From NCBI GenBank assembly GCA_963704165.1, contig CAVPHD010000009.1, positions 160,001 to 224,000 on the forward strand: a stretch of 64,000 bases of DNA, read 5' to 3'. The translations under genes were made by a program, and so were the position numbers. Below the pieces are notes generated by a model that made no database searches, was not told the DNA's origin, and saw only the letters and a list, made by a program, of their open reading frames with translations. Positions 20,648-32,828 of this stretch are shown in pieces (position 1 is the first letter of the stretch; each line of letters starts with the position of its first letter). The stretch comes from an uncultured delta proteobacterium (GTDB lineage Bacteria > Myxococcota_A > UBA9160 > SZUA-336).

Positions 20648-21363
20648 ACGAGCCCGGGACACTGCTCGAGCGAATGGCCTCGACGAACCGCGCCACGCAG
20701 CGCGGCGCATGCGACGAGGCGCGCGAACGCCTGCGCAAGGAGCCCGATCTTCGCGATTCGCTCCGCGCGCTGCTGCTCGCCGAGAACAGGATCGCGCGCT
20801 TCTCCGCGGTCTGGGTGCTGTTTCACTCCGAACGACCGACGCTGCGGCTGCTGCCGGCGCTTCTCGACGCGCTCGAGCTCGTCGACGGCGACCTGCGCTG
20901 GCAGGCCGCGCAGATGCTCACCACGCTCGGCCGACTCACGCCCGAGGTCCTGCCCGTCGTGCTGCAGCAGGCGAACGCGGCCGAGTCCGCCGTCCGTCGC
21001 CGGATGGCCATGTTCGTGCTGCGCGAGCTCGCGCCCGAGCGGGCCGAGACCGGAGCGGTCTACCTGCGGGCGCTCGAGGATCCCGACGCGGACGTGCGTC
21101 GTGCGGCCCTGTCCTGCTTCGCCAAGCTCAGCGATCCCGAGCCCGAGCTCGCGCGCCGCGCGCTCGAGCTCGCGCGGGGCGCCGACCCGGACCCGCGCAT
21201 GGCGCGGATCGCGACGGTCGTGCTGCCCGATCTGGCGCGGTATCACCCCGAACTCCGCGCGGAGATCGACGTCGCGCTCGGCGAGCTCGCGAGCTCGCCC
21301 GATCCCTCGCTCGTTCGCGGCGCGCAGGCGGCGCGCCAGCGCTTGGGTGACGGACATGGCTGA
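20644..21363 (+). CDS. HEAT-repeat protein
   Basis: Repeats of the DxDxxVRxxA type (DGDLRWQAA, DPDADVRRAAL, DPSLVRGA). Confidence 0.7.
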   Translation: MNEPGTLLERMASTNRATQRGACDEARERLRKEPDLRDSLRALLLAENRIARFSAVWVLFHSERPTLRLLPALLDALELVDGDLRWQAAQMLTTLGRLTPEVLPVVLQQANAAESAVRRRMAMFVLRELAPERAETGAVYLRALEDPDADVRRAALSCFAKLSDPEPELARRALELARGADPDPRMARIATVVLPDLARYHPELRAEIDVALGELASSPDPSLVRGAQAARQRLGDGHG

Positions 21364-21946
21364 AACCACGCGCGCGCTCGTGCTCGCATCGCGTTCTCCG
21401 CGCCGACGCGAGCTGCTCGCGGCCGCCGGCTTCGGATTCGAGATCAAAGAACCCGACATCGACGAGCGCGCCCTCGCCGGGGAGTCCCCCGAGGCGCAGG
21501 CGCGAAGGCTCGCACTCGAGAAGGCCGACGCCGTCGCTTCGCGGTTTCCCGACGACGCCTGCGTGCTCGCCGCCGACACCCTCGTCGTCGTCGATTCCGA
21601 CGTGCTCGGCAAACCGCGCGACGAGGACGAGGCGGTCGCGATGCTGCTGCGCATCCAGGGCCGAAGCCATCGCGTGCTGACCGGCTTCGCGGTCGTCGTC
21701 CGCGCGCTCGACGTCGAGGATGCCGGCGTCGTCGAGAGCGTGGTGCGGATGCACGCGATCGATCGCGAGACGGCGCGCGCGTACGCGCGCACGGGCGAGC
21801 CGCTCGACAAGGCGGGTGCCTACGCCGCCCAGGGTGAGGGCGGGCGTTTCGTCGCCGAGATCTTCGGCTCGCGCGCAAACGTGATCGGCCTGCCGATGGA
21901 GGCGGTCGTTCCCCGACTTGCGCGCGTGGGGGTGGAGCCGGCATGA
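21356..21946 (+). CDS. maf: Maf nucleoside triphosphate pyrophosphatase
   Basis: LVLASRSPRRRELL, AADTLV, LGKP, DKAGAY, NVIGLP. Confidence 0.93.
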   Translation: MAETTRALVLASRSPRRRELLAAAGFGFEIKEPDIDERALAGESPEAQARRLALEKADAVASRFPDDACVLAADTLVVVDSDVLGKPRDEDEAVAMLLRIQGRSHRVLTGFAVVVRALDVEDAGVVESVVRMHAIDRETARAYARTGEPLDKAGAYAAQGEGGRFVAEIFGSRANVIGLPMEAVVPRLARVGVEPA

Positions 21947-22650
21947 ACGAGATCGCCGAACGGCTCGCAGTTCTGCGCGCGCGGATCGAGCGTGCCGCAC
22001 ACGCCGTTGGCCGCGATCCGAGCGCGGTGAAGCTTCTCGCGGTCTCGAAGACGCAATCGCCCGCGCGAGTCCTCGAGGCCGTGCGCGCGGGGCTGCACGC
22101 CTTCGGCGAGAACCGGGTTCAAGAAGCCGCCCAGAAGATCCCCGAGATCACAGCCGGTTGCGAGACGCAGCTCGAGTGGCACTTGATTGGTGGCCTGCAG
22201 CGAAACAAGGCGCGCCGCGCCGTCGAGCTGTTCTCGGTGATCGAATCGGTCGATCGCAGCGAGCTGCTCGTGGCGCTCGAGAAGGCGGCGTCGGACCACG
22301 GCGTGCGGCCGCGAATCCTGCTGCAGGTCAACGTCGATCGCGAGCCGCAGAAGAACGGTTGCATGCCCTCGAAGCTCGCCGCGCTCGCGTCCGAGGCCGA
22401 CGCGTGTCCCAATCTCGAGCTGATCGGACTGATGGCGATCCCGCGCGCCTGGGACAACCCGGAGCAGGTCCGCCCGGCGTTCGCTCGTCTGCGCGGACTG
22501 CTCGCGGATCTCAACCGGTCGCGCCCGCCGGAGCGCGCCCTGACCGAGCTCTCCATGGGCATGACGAGCGACTTCGAAGTCGCGGTGCAGGAGGGCGCGA
22601 CATCGTTGCGCATCGGCACCGCCCTCTTTGGCGACCGGGAGAAAGCGTGA
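21943..22650 (+). CDS. yggS: PLP homeostasis protein YggS
   Basis: LLAVSKT, FGENRVQE, WHLIGGLQRNK, LSMGMTSDF, RIGTALFG. Confidence 0.95.
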   Translation: MNEIAERLAVLRARIERAAHAVGRDPSAVKLLAVSKTQSPARVLEAVRAGLHAFGENRVQEAAQKIPEITAGCETQLEWHLIGGLQRNKARRAVELFSVIESVDRSELLVALEKAASDHGVRPRILLQVNVDREPQKNGCMPSKLAALASEADACPNLELIGLMAIPRAWDNPEQVRPAFARLRGLLADLNRSRPPERALTELSMGMTSDFEVAVQEGATSLRIGTALFGDREKA

Positions 22651-23456
22651 TGGGATTGCCCGGAACCGTCGGAACGATCGGTGCCGGAAACATGGCCGAG
22701 GCGATCCTGCGCGGGTTGCTCCGTGCGGGCATCGCGCCCGACGCGCTCTGCGCCGCCGATCCCGACGCGAACCGCCGCCAGCGGATGCAGGAGCTCGGCG
22801 TGCGCGCGACGTCGAGCAATCTCGACGTGGTGCGGACGTCCGAGCTGGTCGTGCTGGCGGTGAAGCCGCAGCAGCTCGCGGAGGCGGCCTCCGCGCTTCC
22901 GCGCGATGGTGGCCCGCTCTACCTGTCGATCGTCGCGGGCGTCACGACGAGCGCGCTGCGCGAACGACTCGGCGCGAGCGCACGAATCGTGCGCAGCATG
23001 CCCAACACGCCGGCGTTGATCGGCGCCGGAATCAGCGCGGTCGCCGCCGACACGGGCGCCGCGCCGGCGGATCTCGACCTCGCCTGCGCGGTGCTGCAAG
23101 CGGTGGGCTCGGTCGTCCGGGTCTCGGAGTCCGCACTCGACGCGGTGACGGGCCTCTCCGGATCCGGCCCGGCCTACGTGTTCGCATTCATCGAGGCCCT
23201 GACCGAGGCAGGCGAGCGCGAAGGCCTCCCGATCGAGATCGCGCGCTCGCTCGCGATCGAAACCGTCCACGGTGCCGCGCGCCTCGCGCTCGACTCCGGC
23301 GAGGATCCCGCCGTGCTGCGCGCGCGCGTCACCTCGCCCGGCGGCACCACGCTCGCCGGGCTGAACGCCCTATCCGAGGCGGGGTTTCGGGAGGCGATTC
23401 TGGCGGCGGTACGGCAGGCCACGGCGCGCTCGAAGGAGCTCGCGGGCGGCGGCTAG
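22650..23456 (+). CDS. proC: Pyrroline-5-carboxylate reductase
   Basis: IGAGNMAEA, LAVKPQ, RSMPNTP, SGSGPAY, VTSPGGTT. Confidence 0.96.
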   Translation: MGLPGTVGTIGAGNMAEAILRGLLRAGIAPDALCAADPDANRRQRMQELGVRATSSNLDVVRTSELVVLAVKPQQLAEAASALPRDGGPLYLSIVAGVTTSALRERLGASARIVRSMPNTPALIGAGISAVAADTGAAPADLDLACAVLQAVGSVVRVSESALDAVTGLSGSGPAYVFAFIEALTEAGEREGLPIEIARSLAIETVHGAARLALDSGEDPAVLRARVTSPGGTTLAGLNALSEAGFREAILAAVRQATARSKELAGGG

Positions 23457-23531
23457 GGCCCTCCCGCGCGCTGCTCGCGCCGACGTTCCACTCAAGGCGC
23501 AGCGGGTTTCGGCCGATTCTGCTTGCTAGAG

Positions 23532-23999
23532 ATGCGCCTCACCCCGCTCGAAATCCGGCAGCACCAGTTCACGACCCGCCTGCGCGGTTACGACACCGCC
23601 GAGGTCGGCGCCTTTCTCGAGACCGTCGTCGCCGATTTCGAAGACGTCGTGCGCGAGAACGCCCAGCTGCGACGCGAGGCGGAGCGGCTGGCCCGCGAGC
23701 TCGACGCGTACCGCGCGCGCGAGAAGACGATCCAAGACACCCTGACCACCGCGCAGACCGTGGTGGAGCAGCTCAAGCGCACCGCGATCAAAGAGAGCGA
23801 GACGCTCGTCGTCGATGCGGAGCTGCGGGCGGAGAAGATCGTCGCCGAGGCGCGCGAGCGCCGCGCCGAGCTCGCGAGCGAGATTCGAGAGCAGCGCTAC
23901 CTGCGCCAGCGACTCGAGCTCGATCTGCGCCGCGCGCTCGAGGGCTACGCGAAGATGATCGACGCCTTCTCGTCCAGCGACGACCTCGAAGATCCGTAG
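23532..23999 (+). CDS. divIVA: DivIVA domain protein
   Basis: MRLTPLEIRQHQFTTRLRGYDTAEVGAFL followed by a coiled coil. Confidence 0.9.
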   Translation: MRLTPLEIRQHQFTTRLRGYDTAEVGAFLETVVADFEDVVRENAQLRREAERLARELDAYRAREKTIQDTLTTAQTVVEQLKRTAIKESETLVVDAELRAEKIVAEARERRAELASEIREQRYLRQRLELDLRRALEGYAKMIDAFSSSDDLEDP

Positions 24000-24028
24000 C
24001 GACGTTCGCCAAGCCCTGCCCGCGCGGT

Positions 24029-24057
24029 TTGACCCACCCGAAGGGCTGGCCTAGATT
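24029..24057 (+). promoter_or_regulatory. sigma70-type promoter for fmdB-folD-gcv operon
   Basis: TTGACC-N17-TAGATT, followed by a GAGGAG RBS before ATG 24095. Confidence 0.6.
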
Positions 24058-24094
24058 GCGCCGCGCTCGCGGATTCCCGAGGAGAATCGAGTAG

Positions 24095-24406
24095 ATGCCG
24101 ACGTACGAGTACGAGTGCTCGAAGGGTCACCGGTTCGAGGTCGAGCAGTCGATTCACGATCCCGCCCTGAAACGCTGCCGTGTCTGCCGATCGAAAGTGC
24201 AGCGTCTGATCTCCGCGAGCGCGTTCATCCTGAAGGGCGGCGGCTGGTACTCCGACGGCTACGGAAGCTCGAAGTCGACTTCGAAGACCGAGGCCGGTTC
24301 GGAATCGAAGGGCGAGTCCAAGTCGGAATCCAAGCCGGCCGCGAAGTCCGATGCGAAATCCACGACGAAACCGTCCGGGGGCTCCGCCGCGGGCAGCGGA
24401 ACTTGA
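24095..24406 (+). CDS. FmdB-family zinc ribbon protein
   Basis: [10 protein letters not shown]...CRVC...[11 protein letters not shown] with an S/K-rich tail. Confidence 0.9.
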   Translation: MPTYEYECSKGHRFEVEQSIHDPALKRCRVCRSKVQRLISASAFILKGGGWYSDGYGSSKSTSKTEAGSESKGESKSESKPAAKSDAKSTTKPSGGSAAGSGT

Positions 24407-25251
24407 CCCGGATCGCGAGCGGCAAGGAGCTCGCCGAAGAGATCCTCGCCGACGTACGCAAACGCGTGTCGGAGGTCCGCGGCGGCCCACCGTGCCTCGC
24501 GGTCGTCCTGGTCGGCGAAGACCCCGCCTCGCAGATCTACGTGCGCAACAAGGGCCGCGCCGCGCGCGCGTGTGGAATCGAGTCGCGCGAGATCCGGCTC
24601 CCCGAGACGGCCAGCGAAGCGGAAGTGCTCGCGGTCGTCGCCGGACTCAACGCGGATCCCGGCGTGCACGGCTTCCTCGTGCAGCTTCCGCTTCCCGCGG
24701 GGATCGACGCCGGGCGCGTCGCGCTCGCGATCGACCCCGACAAGGACGTCGACGGCCTGCACCCGCTGAACGCGGGGCGCCTGGTCGCGAACGAGCGCGC
24801 GTTGGTCTCGTGCACGCCGCTCGGCTGCATCTACATCCTCGACCGATTCAACGTGCCGATCGAGGGCGCGAACGCGGTCGTGATCGGCCGCAGCAACATC
24901 GTCGGCAAGCCGGTCTCGCTCCTGCTCCTGCACCGAAACGCGACCGTCACGATCTGTCACTCGCGCACGCGCGACCTGCCCGAGATCGTGCGGCGCGCGG
25001 ACATCGTCGTCGCCGCGCTGGGCAAGCCGCGCTTCGTGAAGGGCGACTGGATTCGCGAGGGCGCAGCCGTGATCGACGTCGGCGTGAATCGGGTCGACGG
25101 AAAAATCGTCGGCGACGTAGACTTCGAGCAGGCGAATGGCCGGGCAGGCGTGCTGACGCCGGTACCGGGGGGAGTGGGCCTGTTGACGGTCGCGATGCTG
25201 CTGCGAAACACCGTGCAGGCCTTCGAAACCCTGAGCGCCGCCGCGACGTGA
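24403..25251 (+). CDS. folD: Methylenetetrahydrofolate dehydrogenase/cyclohydrolase
   Basis: [36 protein letters not shown] start overlapping the upstream stop. Confidence 0.96.
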   Translation: MTRIASGKELAEEILADVRKRVSEVRGGPPCLAVVLVGEDPASQIYVRNKGRAARACGIESREIRLPETASEAEVLAVVAGLNADPGVHGFLVQLPLPAGIDAGRVALAIDPDKDVDGLHPLNAGRLVANERALVSCTPLGCIYILDRFNVPIEGANAVVIGRSNIVGKPVSLLLLHRNATVTICHSRTRDLPEIVRRADIVVAALGKPRFVKGDWIREGAAVIDVGVNRVDGKIVGDVDFEQANGRAGVLTPVPGGVGLLTVAMLLRNTVQAFETLSAAAT

Positions 25252-26354
25252 GCCCGACCGAGCCGGAGCCCGGATTGTGCCGCACGCCGATCTGGGGGCG
25301 GCACGTCGAAGCCGGTGCGCGCATGGTTCCGTTCGCGGGCTTCGACATGCCCGTGGTCTACAGCTCGATCCTCGACGAGCACCGCGCCGTACGCGAACGA
25401 GCGGGGCTCTTCGACGTCTCCCACATGGGCGAGCTGCGCCTGCGCGGACCGAAAGCGCTCGAATTCGCGCAGCGGATCTTCACGAACGACGTCGCCGGCA
25501 CCCGGCCGGGCCGCGTCCGCTACGGGCTTCTCTGCGCGGAGAGCGGAGGGATCGTCGACGACGTGACGCTCTACCGTTCCGGCGATCGCGAGGTCCTGTT
25601 GTGCGTGAACGCTTCGAATACCGCGAACGTGCTCGCCTGGTTGCGCGAGGTGCGCGCCTCGAGCGGCCTCGACTGTGAAGTCTGCGACGAGAGCGACGCG
25701 ACCGGACTCTTCGCCGTGCAGGGACCCGAGGCGCTCGCGATCACGTCCCGATTGCTCCCGCGCGATTTTCGTCCCCCGAAGCGATGGAACTTCGCGGATG
25801 CCGAGGTGGCGGGGATTCCCGTCCTGCTCTCCCGGACCGGCTACACCGGCGAGGACGGCTACGAGATCTTCGCGCCCGCCGACCGGAGCGTCGCGCTCTG
25901 GGACGCGCTCCGCGAAGCGGGTGGCGACGCCCTCGCACTCGCGGGTCTGGGCGCGCGCGACACGCTCCGAACCGAGATGGCGTACCCGCTCTACGGCCAC
26001 GAGCTCGACCTCGAGCACGATCCGATCGAGGCCGGGCTCGAGCGCTTCGTCGCGTTCGGGCGCGGGTTCTGCGGCGAGCCTGCGCTGCGAAAACGCGTGG
26101 ACGAAGGCCCGCGGCGCCGGCTCGTCGGCCTGGTGCTCGAAGGGCGACAGGTCGCCCGGCCGGGTTTCCGGATCGTCTCGCCCAAGGGCGACGGCATCGT
26201 CACCAGCGGCACCTACGCGCCGAGTGTCGATCGCGCGATCGCGCTAGGCTACGTTCCGGCCGAGTTCGCAGCGGGTGCGCGACTTTACGTCGAGATTCGA
26301 GGCAAGAACATGCCCTGCACGATCGTCTCGACGCCGTTCTACACGAGAGGCTAG
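25248..26354 (+). CDS. gcvT: Glycine cleavage aminomethyltransferase T
   Basis: [41 protein letters not shown]. Confidence 0.96.
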   Translation: MSPTEPEPGLCRTPIWGRHVEAGARMVPFAGFDMPVVYSSILDEHRAVRERAGLFDVSHMGELRLRGPKALEFAQRIFTNDVAGTRPGRVRYGLLCAESGGIVDDVTLYRSGDREVLLCVNASNTANVLAWLREVRASSGLDCEVCDESDATGLFAVQGPEALAITSRLLPRDFRPPKRWNFADAEVAGIPVLLSRTGYTGEDGYEIFAPADRSVALWDALREAGGDALALAGLGARDTLRTEMAYPLYGHELDLEHDPIEAGLERFVAFGRGFCGEPALRKRVDEGPRRRLVGLVLEGRQVARPGFRIVSPKGDGIVTSGTYAPSVDRAIALGYVPAEFAAGARLYVEIRGKNMPCTIVSTPFYTRG

Positions 26355-26372
26355 GAACAGCGGAAGTTTGCA

Positions 26373-26780
26373 ATGGCAGATCACCACTACGAGATTCCCG
26401 AGGACTGTCACTACACCGAGTCGGACGAGTGGGTCCGCGTCGATGGCGCCAGCGTGCGGATCGGCATCACCGACTACGCGCAATCGGAGCTGAACGACAT
26501 CGTCTTCGTCGAGCTCCCCGAGCGCGGACTGCAGCTCGAGGTCGGCCAGGCGTTCGGCGTCGTCGAGTCGGTGAAGGCCGTGAGCGATCTGCTCGCGCCG
26601 ATCGCCGGCGAGGTGACGGAGGTCCACGCGAAGCTCGCCGACCATCCCGAGTGGCTGAACGAAGACGCGTACGGCCGCGGTTGGATCATCGCGATGACGC
26701 CCGAGGACATGGATGCGCTCGACGGGCTGATGTCCGCGACCGAGTATCGAGCCCACGTGAAGGCGCGCGCCGGGAAGTGA
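26373..26780 (+). CDS. gcvH: Glycine cleavage H protein
   Basis: GITDYAQSEL, VESVKAVSD lipoyl-lysine motif. Confidence 0.96.
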   Translation: MADHHYEIPEDCHYTESDEWVRVDGASVRIGITDYAQSELNDIVFVELPERGLQLEVGQAFGVVESVKAVSDLLAPIAGEVTEVHAKLADHPEWLNEDAYGRGWIIAMTPEDMDALDGLMSATEYRAHVKARAGK

Positions 26781-28102
26781 GCTACGCGCCCCACACGCCC
26801 GCAGAGATTCGCGCGATGCTCTCGCGCGTGGGCGCGAGTTCGCCGGAGGCGCTCTTCGACTCCGTTCCTGCGTCGCTGCGGAACCGCGCCGAGCTGAAGC
26901 TCGCACCCGCTCTCGACGAGCGCGCCTTGCTGCGCCACTTCGCGACGCTCGCGGCCGAGAACACCTCGGTCGAGAGCGGCCCGAGCTTTCTCGGCGCGGG
27001 CGCCTATCACCATTTCATTCCCGCGGCCGTCGATGCGCTCTCGTCGCGGGGCGAGTTCATGACCGCCTACACGCCCTACCAGGCCGAGATCAGCCAGGGC
27101 ACGCTGCAGATGATCTTCGAGTTCCAGACGTTGATCTGTCAGCTGACCGGGCTCGAGGTCGCGAATGCGTCGATCTACGACGGCGCCTCCGCGTTGGCGG
27201 AGGCCGCGCTGATGGCTTCGCGCGTCACGCGTCGGACACGGATTTGTGTCAGCGCGGGACTGCATCCACACTGGCGCGAGGTCTTGCGCACCTACACCGA
27301 GGGCGTCGGCCTCGTCCTCGACACGCTGCCGCTCGACGAGACCGGCCGCACGGTCACGAGCGGGGTCCCGACCGACACGGCCGCCGTCATCGTCCAGTCG
27401 CCGAACTTCTTCGGCTGCATCGAGGAGCTCGGCCCGGCGGCCGAGGCCGCCCACGCTTCGGGTGCGCTCGCGATCGCGGCGACGGCGGAAGCGCTCTCGC
27501 TTGCGCTGCTCCGCTCACCCGGAGAGCTCGGCTGCGACATCGCCTGCGGCGAGGCACAGTCGTTCGGCCTGCCCCTGTCCTTCGGCGGTCCGTACGCGGG
27601 CTTCCTCGCCGCGCGCGAGAAATTCGTGCGCCAGCTCCCCGGCCGCCTGATCGGCGAGAGCGTCGACTCGTCGGGCCAACGCGCGTTCGTGATGACGCTG
27701 ACCACACGCGAGCAACACATCCGGCGCGAGAAGGCGACGAGCAACATCTGCACGAATCAGGGCCTGTGCGCGCTTCGCGTCACGATCTGGCTCTCGCTGC
27801 TCGGGAAGGCGGGCGTCCGGCGGCTCGCCGAGATCAACCTCGCGCTCTCCAGCCACGCGCGCCGGGCCTGTGCGAACGCCGGACTCGTGCTCCCCTACTC
27901 GGCGCCGGTGTTCAACGAGTTCGTCGTCGCGGTTCCCGACCTCGCGCGCAAGCTCGACGAACTCTCGGCGCAGGGCATTCAAGGCGGGCGCTCCGACTCG
28001 CGCCGGCTTCGATCCGGGCGGCCACGACGATCAGCTGCTCGTCTGCACGACCGAGATGAACACGCGCGCCGAGATCGATGCGCTCGTGCGCGGACTCGAA
28101 AC

Positions 28103-28106
<4 letters not shown>
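26777..28106 (+). CDS. gcvPA: Glycine dehydrogenase subunit 1 (frameshift near 27990)
   Basis: FLGAGAY, TAYTPYQAEISQG, TREQHIRREKATSNICTNQ; C-terminus LLVCTTEMNT is in another frame. Confidence 0.93.
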
Positions 28107-29590
<1,484 letters not shown>

Positions 29591-29594
<4 letters not shown>

Positions 29595-31223
29595 TTCGAG
29601 CGCTCGCGCTCCTCGTGGTGACGCTCGCCAGCGTCACGGCCGCCACGCACGCCCGCGCTCAGAATCCGTTCGCGAGCGACCTCAGCGTCGAGCGCGAGCA
29701 GGAAATGACGGCGCAGATCCACGCTCAGATCCGCTCGCAGGTGAAGCTCGTCACCGATCCGGTACTCGTCGGCTACGTCCAGGACGTCGGCCAGGGTCTC
29801 GCTCGGACGACCGAGCCCCAGCCTTTCATCTTCCGCTTCTTCCTGATCGACGATCCCGCGCTGAACGCGTTCACGATCGGCGGCGGCTACGTCTACATCA
29901 CGACGGGCGTGCTCGGCCAGGCCGGCGACGTGAACGAGTTCGCCGGCGTCCTCGCCCACGAGATCGGGCACGTCGAGATGCGCCACATTGCGCGGCGCAG
30001 CGAAGGCCAGGGGCTCGCAACGCTGGCGACGCTCGCGAGCCTTGCGGCGGTGATCGCAGGAGCGGACCCCGGCGTCATCGTCGCGACCCAGGGTCTGAAC
30101 GTCTCGCTCCAGCTCAAGCATTCGCGCGCGTTCGAGGAAGAAGCCGACCGTGAAGGGATCGCGATCATGACTGCCGGGGGCTACGACCCGGACGGAATGA
30201 CGCGTTTCTTCCAGCGCATCCTCGCCGCGAATCCCGACGCCGGCGCCGGCATCCCCGCCTATCTCTTCACACACCCCGCGGTGAAGGAGCGCATCGCCGC
30301 GACCAAGGTCGAGATCGCGCGAAGCGGATCACGGGCCTCACCGCCGAACGCGGCTCCGCCGGCACGCACCGGGCCCGACTCCGACGCTGCGAAGTCCGAA
30401 GCCGCCACCGGGGTGGGAATCCCACCGGTCGCCCCGTCGGAGATCGACATCGCGAATCGACGCCTGGTCCAGGTGCAGGCGCGGCTGGCGGAGCTCTCCG
30501 CGCGCGGCTCACTCGCCGGTCTGCAGGCGCGCGCGACGTTCGACGCCTCGAAGACGGACCCACTGATCTCGCAGGCGCACGAAGCACGGACCGACGGCGA
30601 CGATGTGCAGGCGGACGCATGGCTCGCGGAAGCCGAGGCACTCGAGCCCGGAGATCCGCGCGTGGCGCTCGCCCGCGCGGAGCTCGCGATCGCGGAGGGC
30701 GATCTTCCGCGAGCGAGAGCACAGCTCGAACGCGCGCTCGCGCTCGATCCGAACGTCGCGCTCGTGCAGTACCAGCTCGGCACCGTCTACGCGCGGCTCG
30801 GCGAGAAGTCGCGCGCCGCCTTCTACCTCGAGCAGTCGGTCGCGAACTTCCGACCCGACACCGGGGCGCGTCGGCGCGCCGAATTCGAGCTCGCGCGGCT
30901 CGAGTTCCCGATCCTGCAGGCGAACGGATTCGCGACACGCGGCAAGAAGACCCGGAGCACGACGTTCGCGCGCGGCGAGAGCGTCACCTGGTGGGGTGAT
31001 GTCAGCCCGCGCTTCTATCCGATGAATCCCCGTTTCCTGGTGCGCTGGCGCGCCCCGTCGGGCGAGTCCGTTTTGCAGGAAACCCTGCAGATGAGTCCGG
31101 GCGGACATGTCGCATCGGTGCTCCGAACAGGCGAGTCGGCGGTCGGCTCGTGGCGAATCGAGATCAGCGTCGAGGACGCGGTGATCGAGACGTTGGAGTT
31201 CGAGCTCTCGGCCGGAACGCTAG
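29591..31223 (+). CDS. M48 family metalloprotease with TPR repeats (BepA/YfgC-like) and extra C-terminal beta domain
   Basis: Signal peptide, LNAF..GG, AGVLAHEIGH (HExxH), EEEADR, YLFTHP, TPR helices. The true stop is probably TAG 31221-31223, bypassed by a +1 insertion. Confidence 0.85.
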
Positions 31224-31225
31224 AC

Positions 31226-32359
31226 GTGGACCGGCGCACGGCCGAGGTCTACGAGCGCCACGCCCGCGGCGTGGATCGCAGAGCGCGGCGTATCGGCCGA
31301 CGGCGCGGCGCCGTGTCGCGGCGTTCGCGCGCAGCCTCCGATCCGGAGCGCGCGTCGCGGACCTGGGCTGCGGACCGGGGTGGCATGGCGCGATCTTGCG
31401 GCGAAGCGGATTCGAAGTGATCGGGCTCGACCTGTCCGCCGCGATGCTTCGCGAGGCCCGGCGAAGAGCGCGGGGCGCGCAGACTGGTGCGGGCCGATCT
31501 CGAGCACCTGCCCTTCGCTCGCGACTCGCTCGACGGTGCCTGGGCGCGGAACTGCTACATGCACCTGCCCGCACGCCAGCTTCCCGCCGCCTTCGCCGAG
31601 CTTCACCGCGTGCTGCGCCCGGGAGGGCGCGTGATGCTCTCGCTCGCGAACCTCGATGCACTCGGCCCGAACGCACGGGAGCGCGGGCGCGCGCTGCTCT
31701 CGCGGCGCGGTGGCGAGGCGGCCTTTCGCGGGCGGCTCTTCGTCGCGCGCGATCGGCAGGGCTGGGCCGACCTGCTCGAAGGTGCGGGCTTCACCTCGAT
31801 CGAGAGCGAGCCGGGGCACGAGCCGTTCTGGCTGTGGCTCTCCGCGCGGCGTGCGCGCTCGCTCCCGGATTCGATCTCGCCCCGGCTCACGTTGCTCGTC
31901 TGCGGCCTGAATCCCTCGCCCCACTCGGCCGCGTCCGGGATCCCCTTCGCGAATCCGAGCAATCGCTTCTGGCCTGCCGCGGTTCGCGCCGGACTCGTCG
32001 AGCGACCTCACGACGCCGCCGGCGCGCTTCGCTCCGGGATCGGCTTCACCGATCTGGTCAAACGTGTGACACCGAGGGCGAGCGCGATCTCGGCGCGCGA
32101 GTACGCGCGCGGTGCCGAGCGTCTCGAGCGCCTGATCCGAACCTGGGAGCCGCGCGCGCTGCTTTTCGTCGGTCTCGATGGCTTCCGCCGCGCCCTGGAC
32201 CCGTCGGCGCGGCCCGGCGTTCTTCGCGGCGGCTTCGCGGGCCGACCCGCCTACCTGATGCCCTCGAGCTCGGGGCGAAACGCTTCGAACTCGATCGCCG
32301 AGATCGCGGCGCACATGCGCCGTGCGCTGCGGTTGACGCGAGTTCGCACATCCGGCTGA
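31226..32359 (+). CDS. Class I SAM methyltransferase fused to mismatch-specific uracil-DNA glycosylase (MUG/TDG); frameshifts in 5' part
   Basis: VADLGCGPG, GLDLSAAML, RADLEHLPF, RVLRPGG; then LPD...VCGLNPS...FANPSNRFW...GFTDLVKR...MPSSSGRNA (UDG family 2). Confidence 0.85.
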
Positions 32360-32372
32360 ATCGGGAGCTTCC

Positions 32373-32471
32373 GGAAGCGCGAGGCAGGCTGGTGCCGCCC
32401 TTGGACTTCAAATCCAATGGGGGGTCCGTACACGGGTCCTCGGCGGGTTCGATTCCCGTGCGTTTCCGCCA
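32373..32471 (+). tRNA. selC: tRNA-Sec (anticodon UCA)
   Basis: 8-bp acceptor stem GGAAGCGC/GCGTTTCC, anticodon arm TTGGA-CTTCAAA-TCCAA, long variable arm, GTTCGATTC T-loop, GCCA end. Confidence 0.95.
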
Positions 32472-32496
32472 CGATCTCCCTCGCTATACTCGGCGC

Positions 32497-32805
32497 ATGG
32501 CATTTCACATCCACTTTCGGGACACACCGCACTCGGACCATCTGCGCAGCGAGTGCGAGAGTTGGGGCGCGGCGCTGCGCAGCGAGTTCCCCGAGACGTC
32601 ACGCGTCGAGGTCACCGTCTCGCACGACGGCGACGACCACGAAGTCCACGTTCACGTCACCGGGAAGCAGGTCGACGTCGCGTCGAGCGCAAAGAGCCGT
32701 GATTCGGTGTTCGCGTCGGCACGCGACGCCTTCGACAAGCTTCACGTTCAGCTTCGCAAGCACCACGACAAGCAGATCTTTCAGCACCGCCGCGACAAGA
32801 CCTGA
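32497..32805 (+). CDS. hpf: Ribosome hibernation factor (HPF/RaiA family)
   Basis: 102 aa; HIHFR...SDHLR...VEVTV...VHVTG...ASARDAFDKLHVQLRKHHDK pattern. Confidence 0.8.
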   Translation: MAFHIHFRDTPHSDHLRSECESWGAALRSEFPETSRVEVTVSHDGDDHEVHVHVTGKQVDVASSAKSRDSVFASARDAFDKLHVQLRKHHDKQIFQHRRDKT

Positions 32806-32828
32806 CCGGGCGCGACGCCGCTTCGCGC

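Noticed and set aside
31200..31270. Apparent fusion of the M48 protease to the methyltransferase
   Set aside because: An out-of-frame TAG at 31221 directly precedes the GTG start; one extra base explains the read-through, and an exported protease fused to a cytoplasmic enzyme is implausible.
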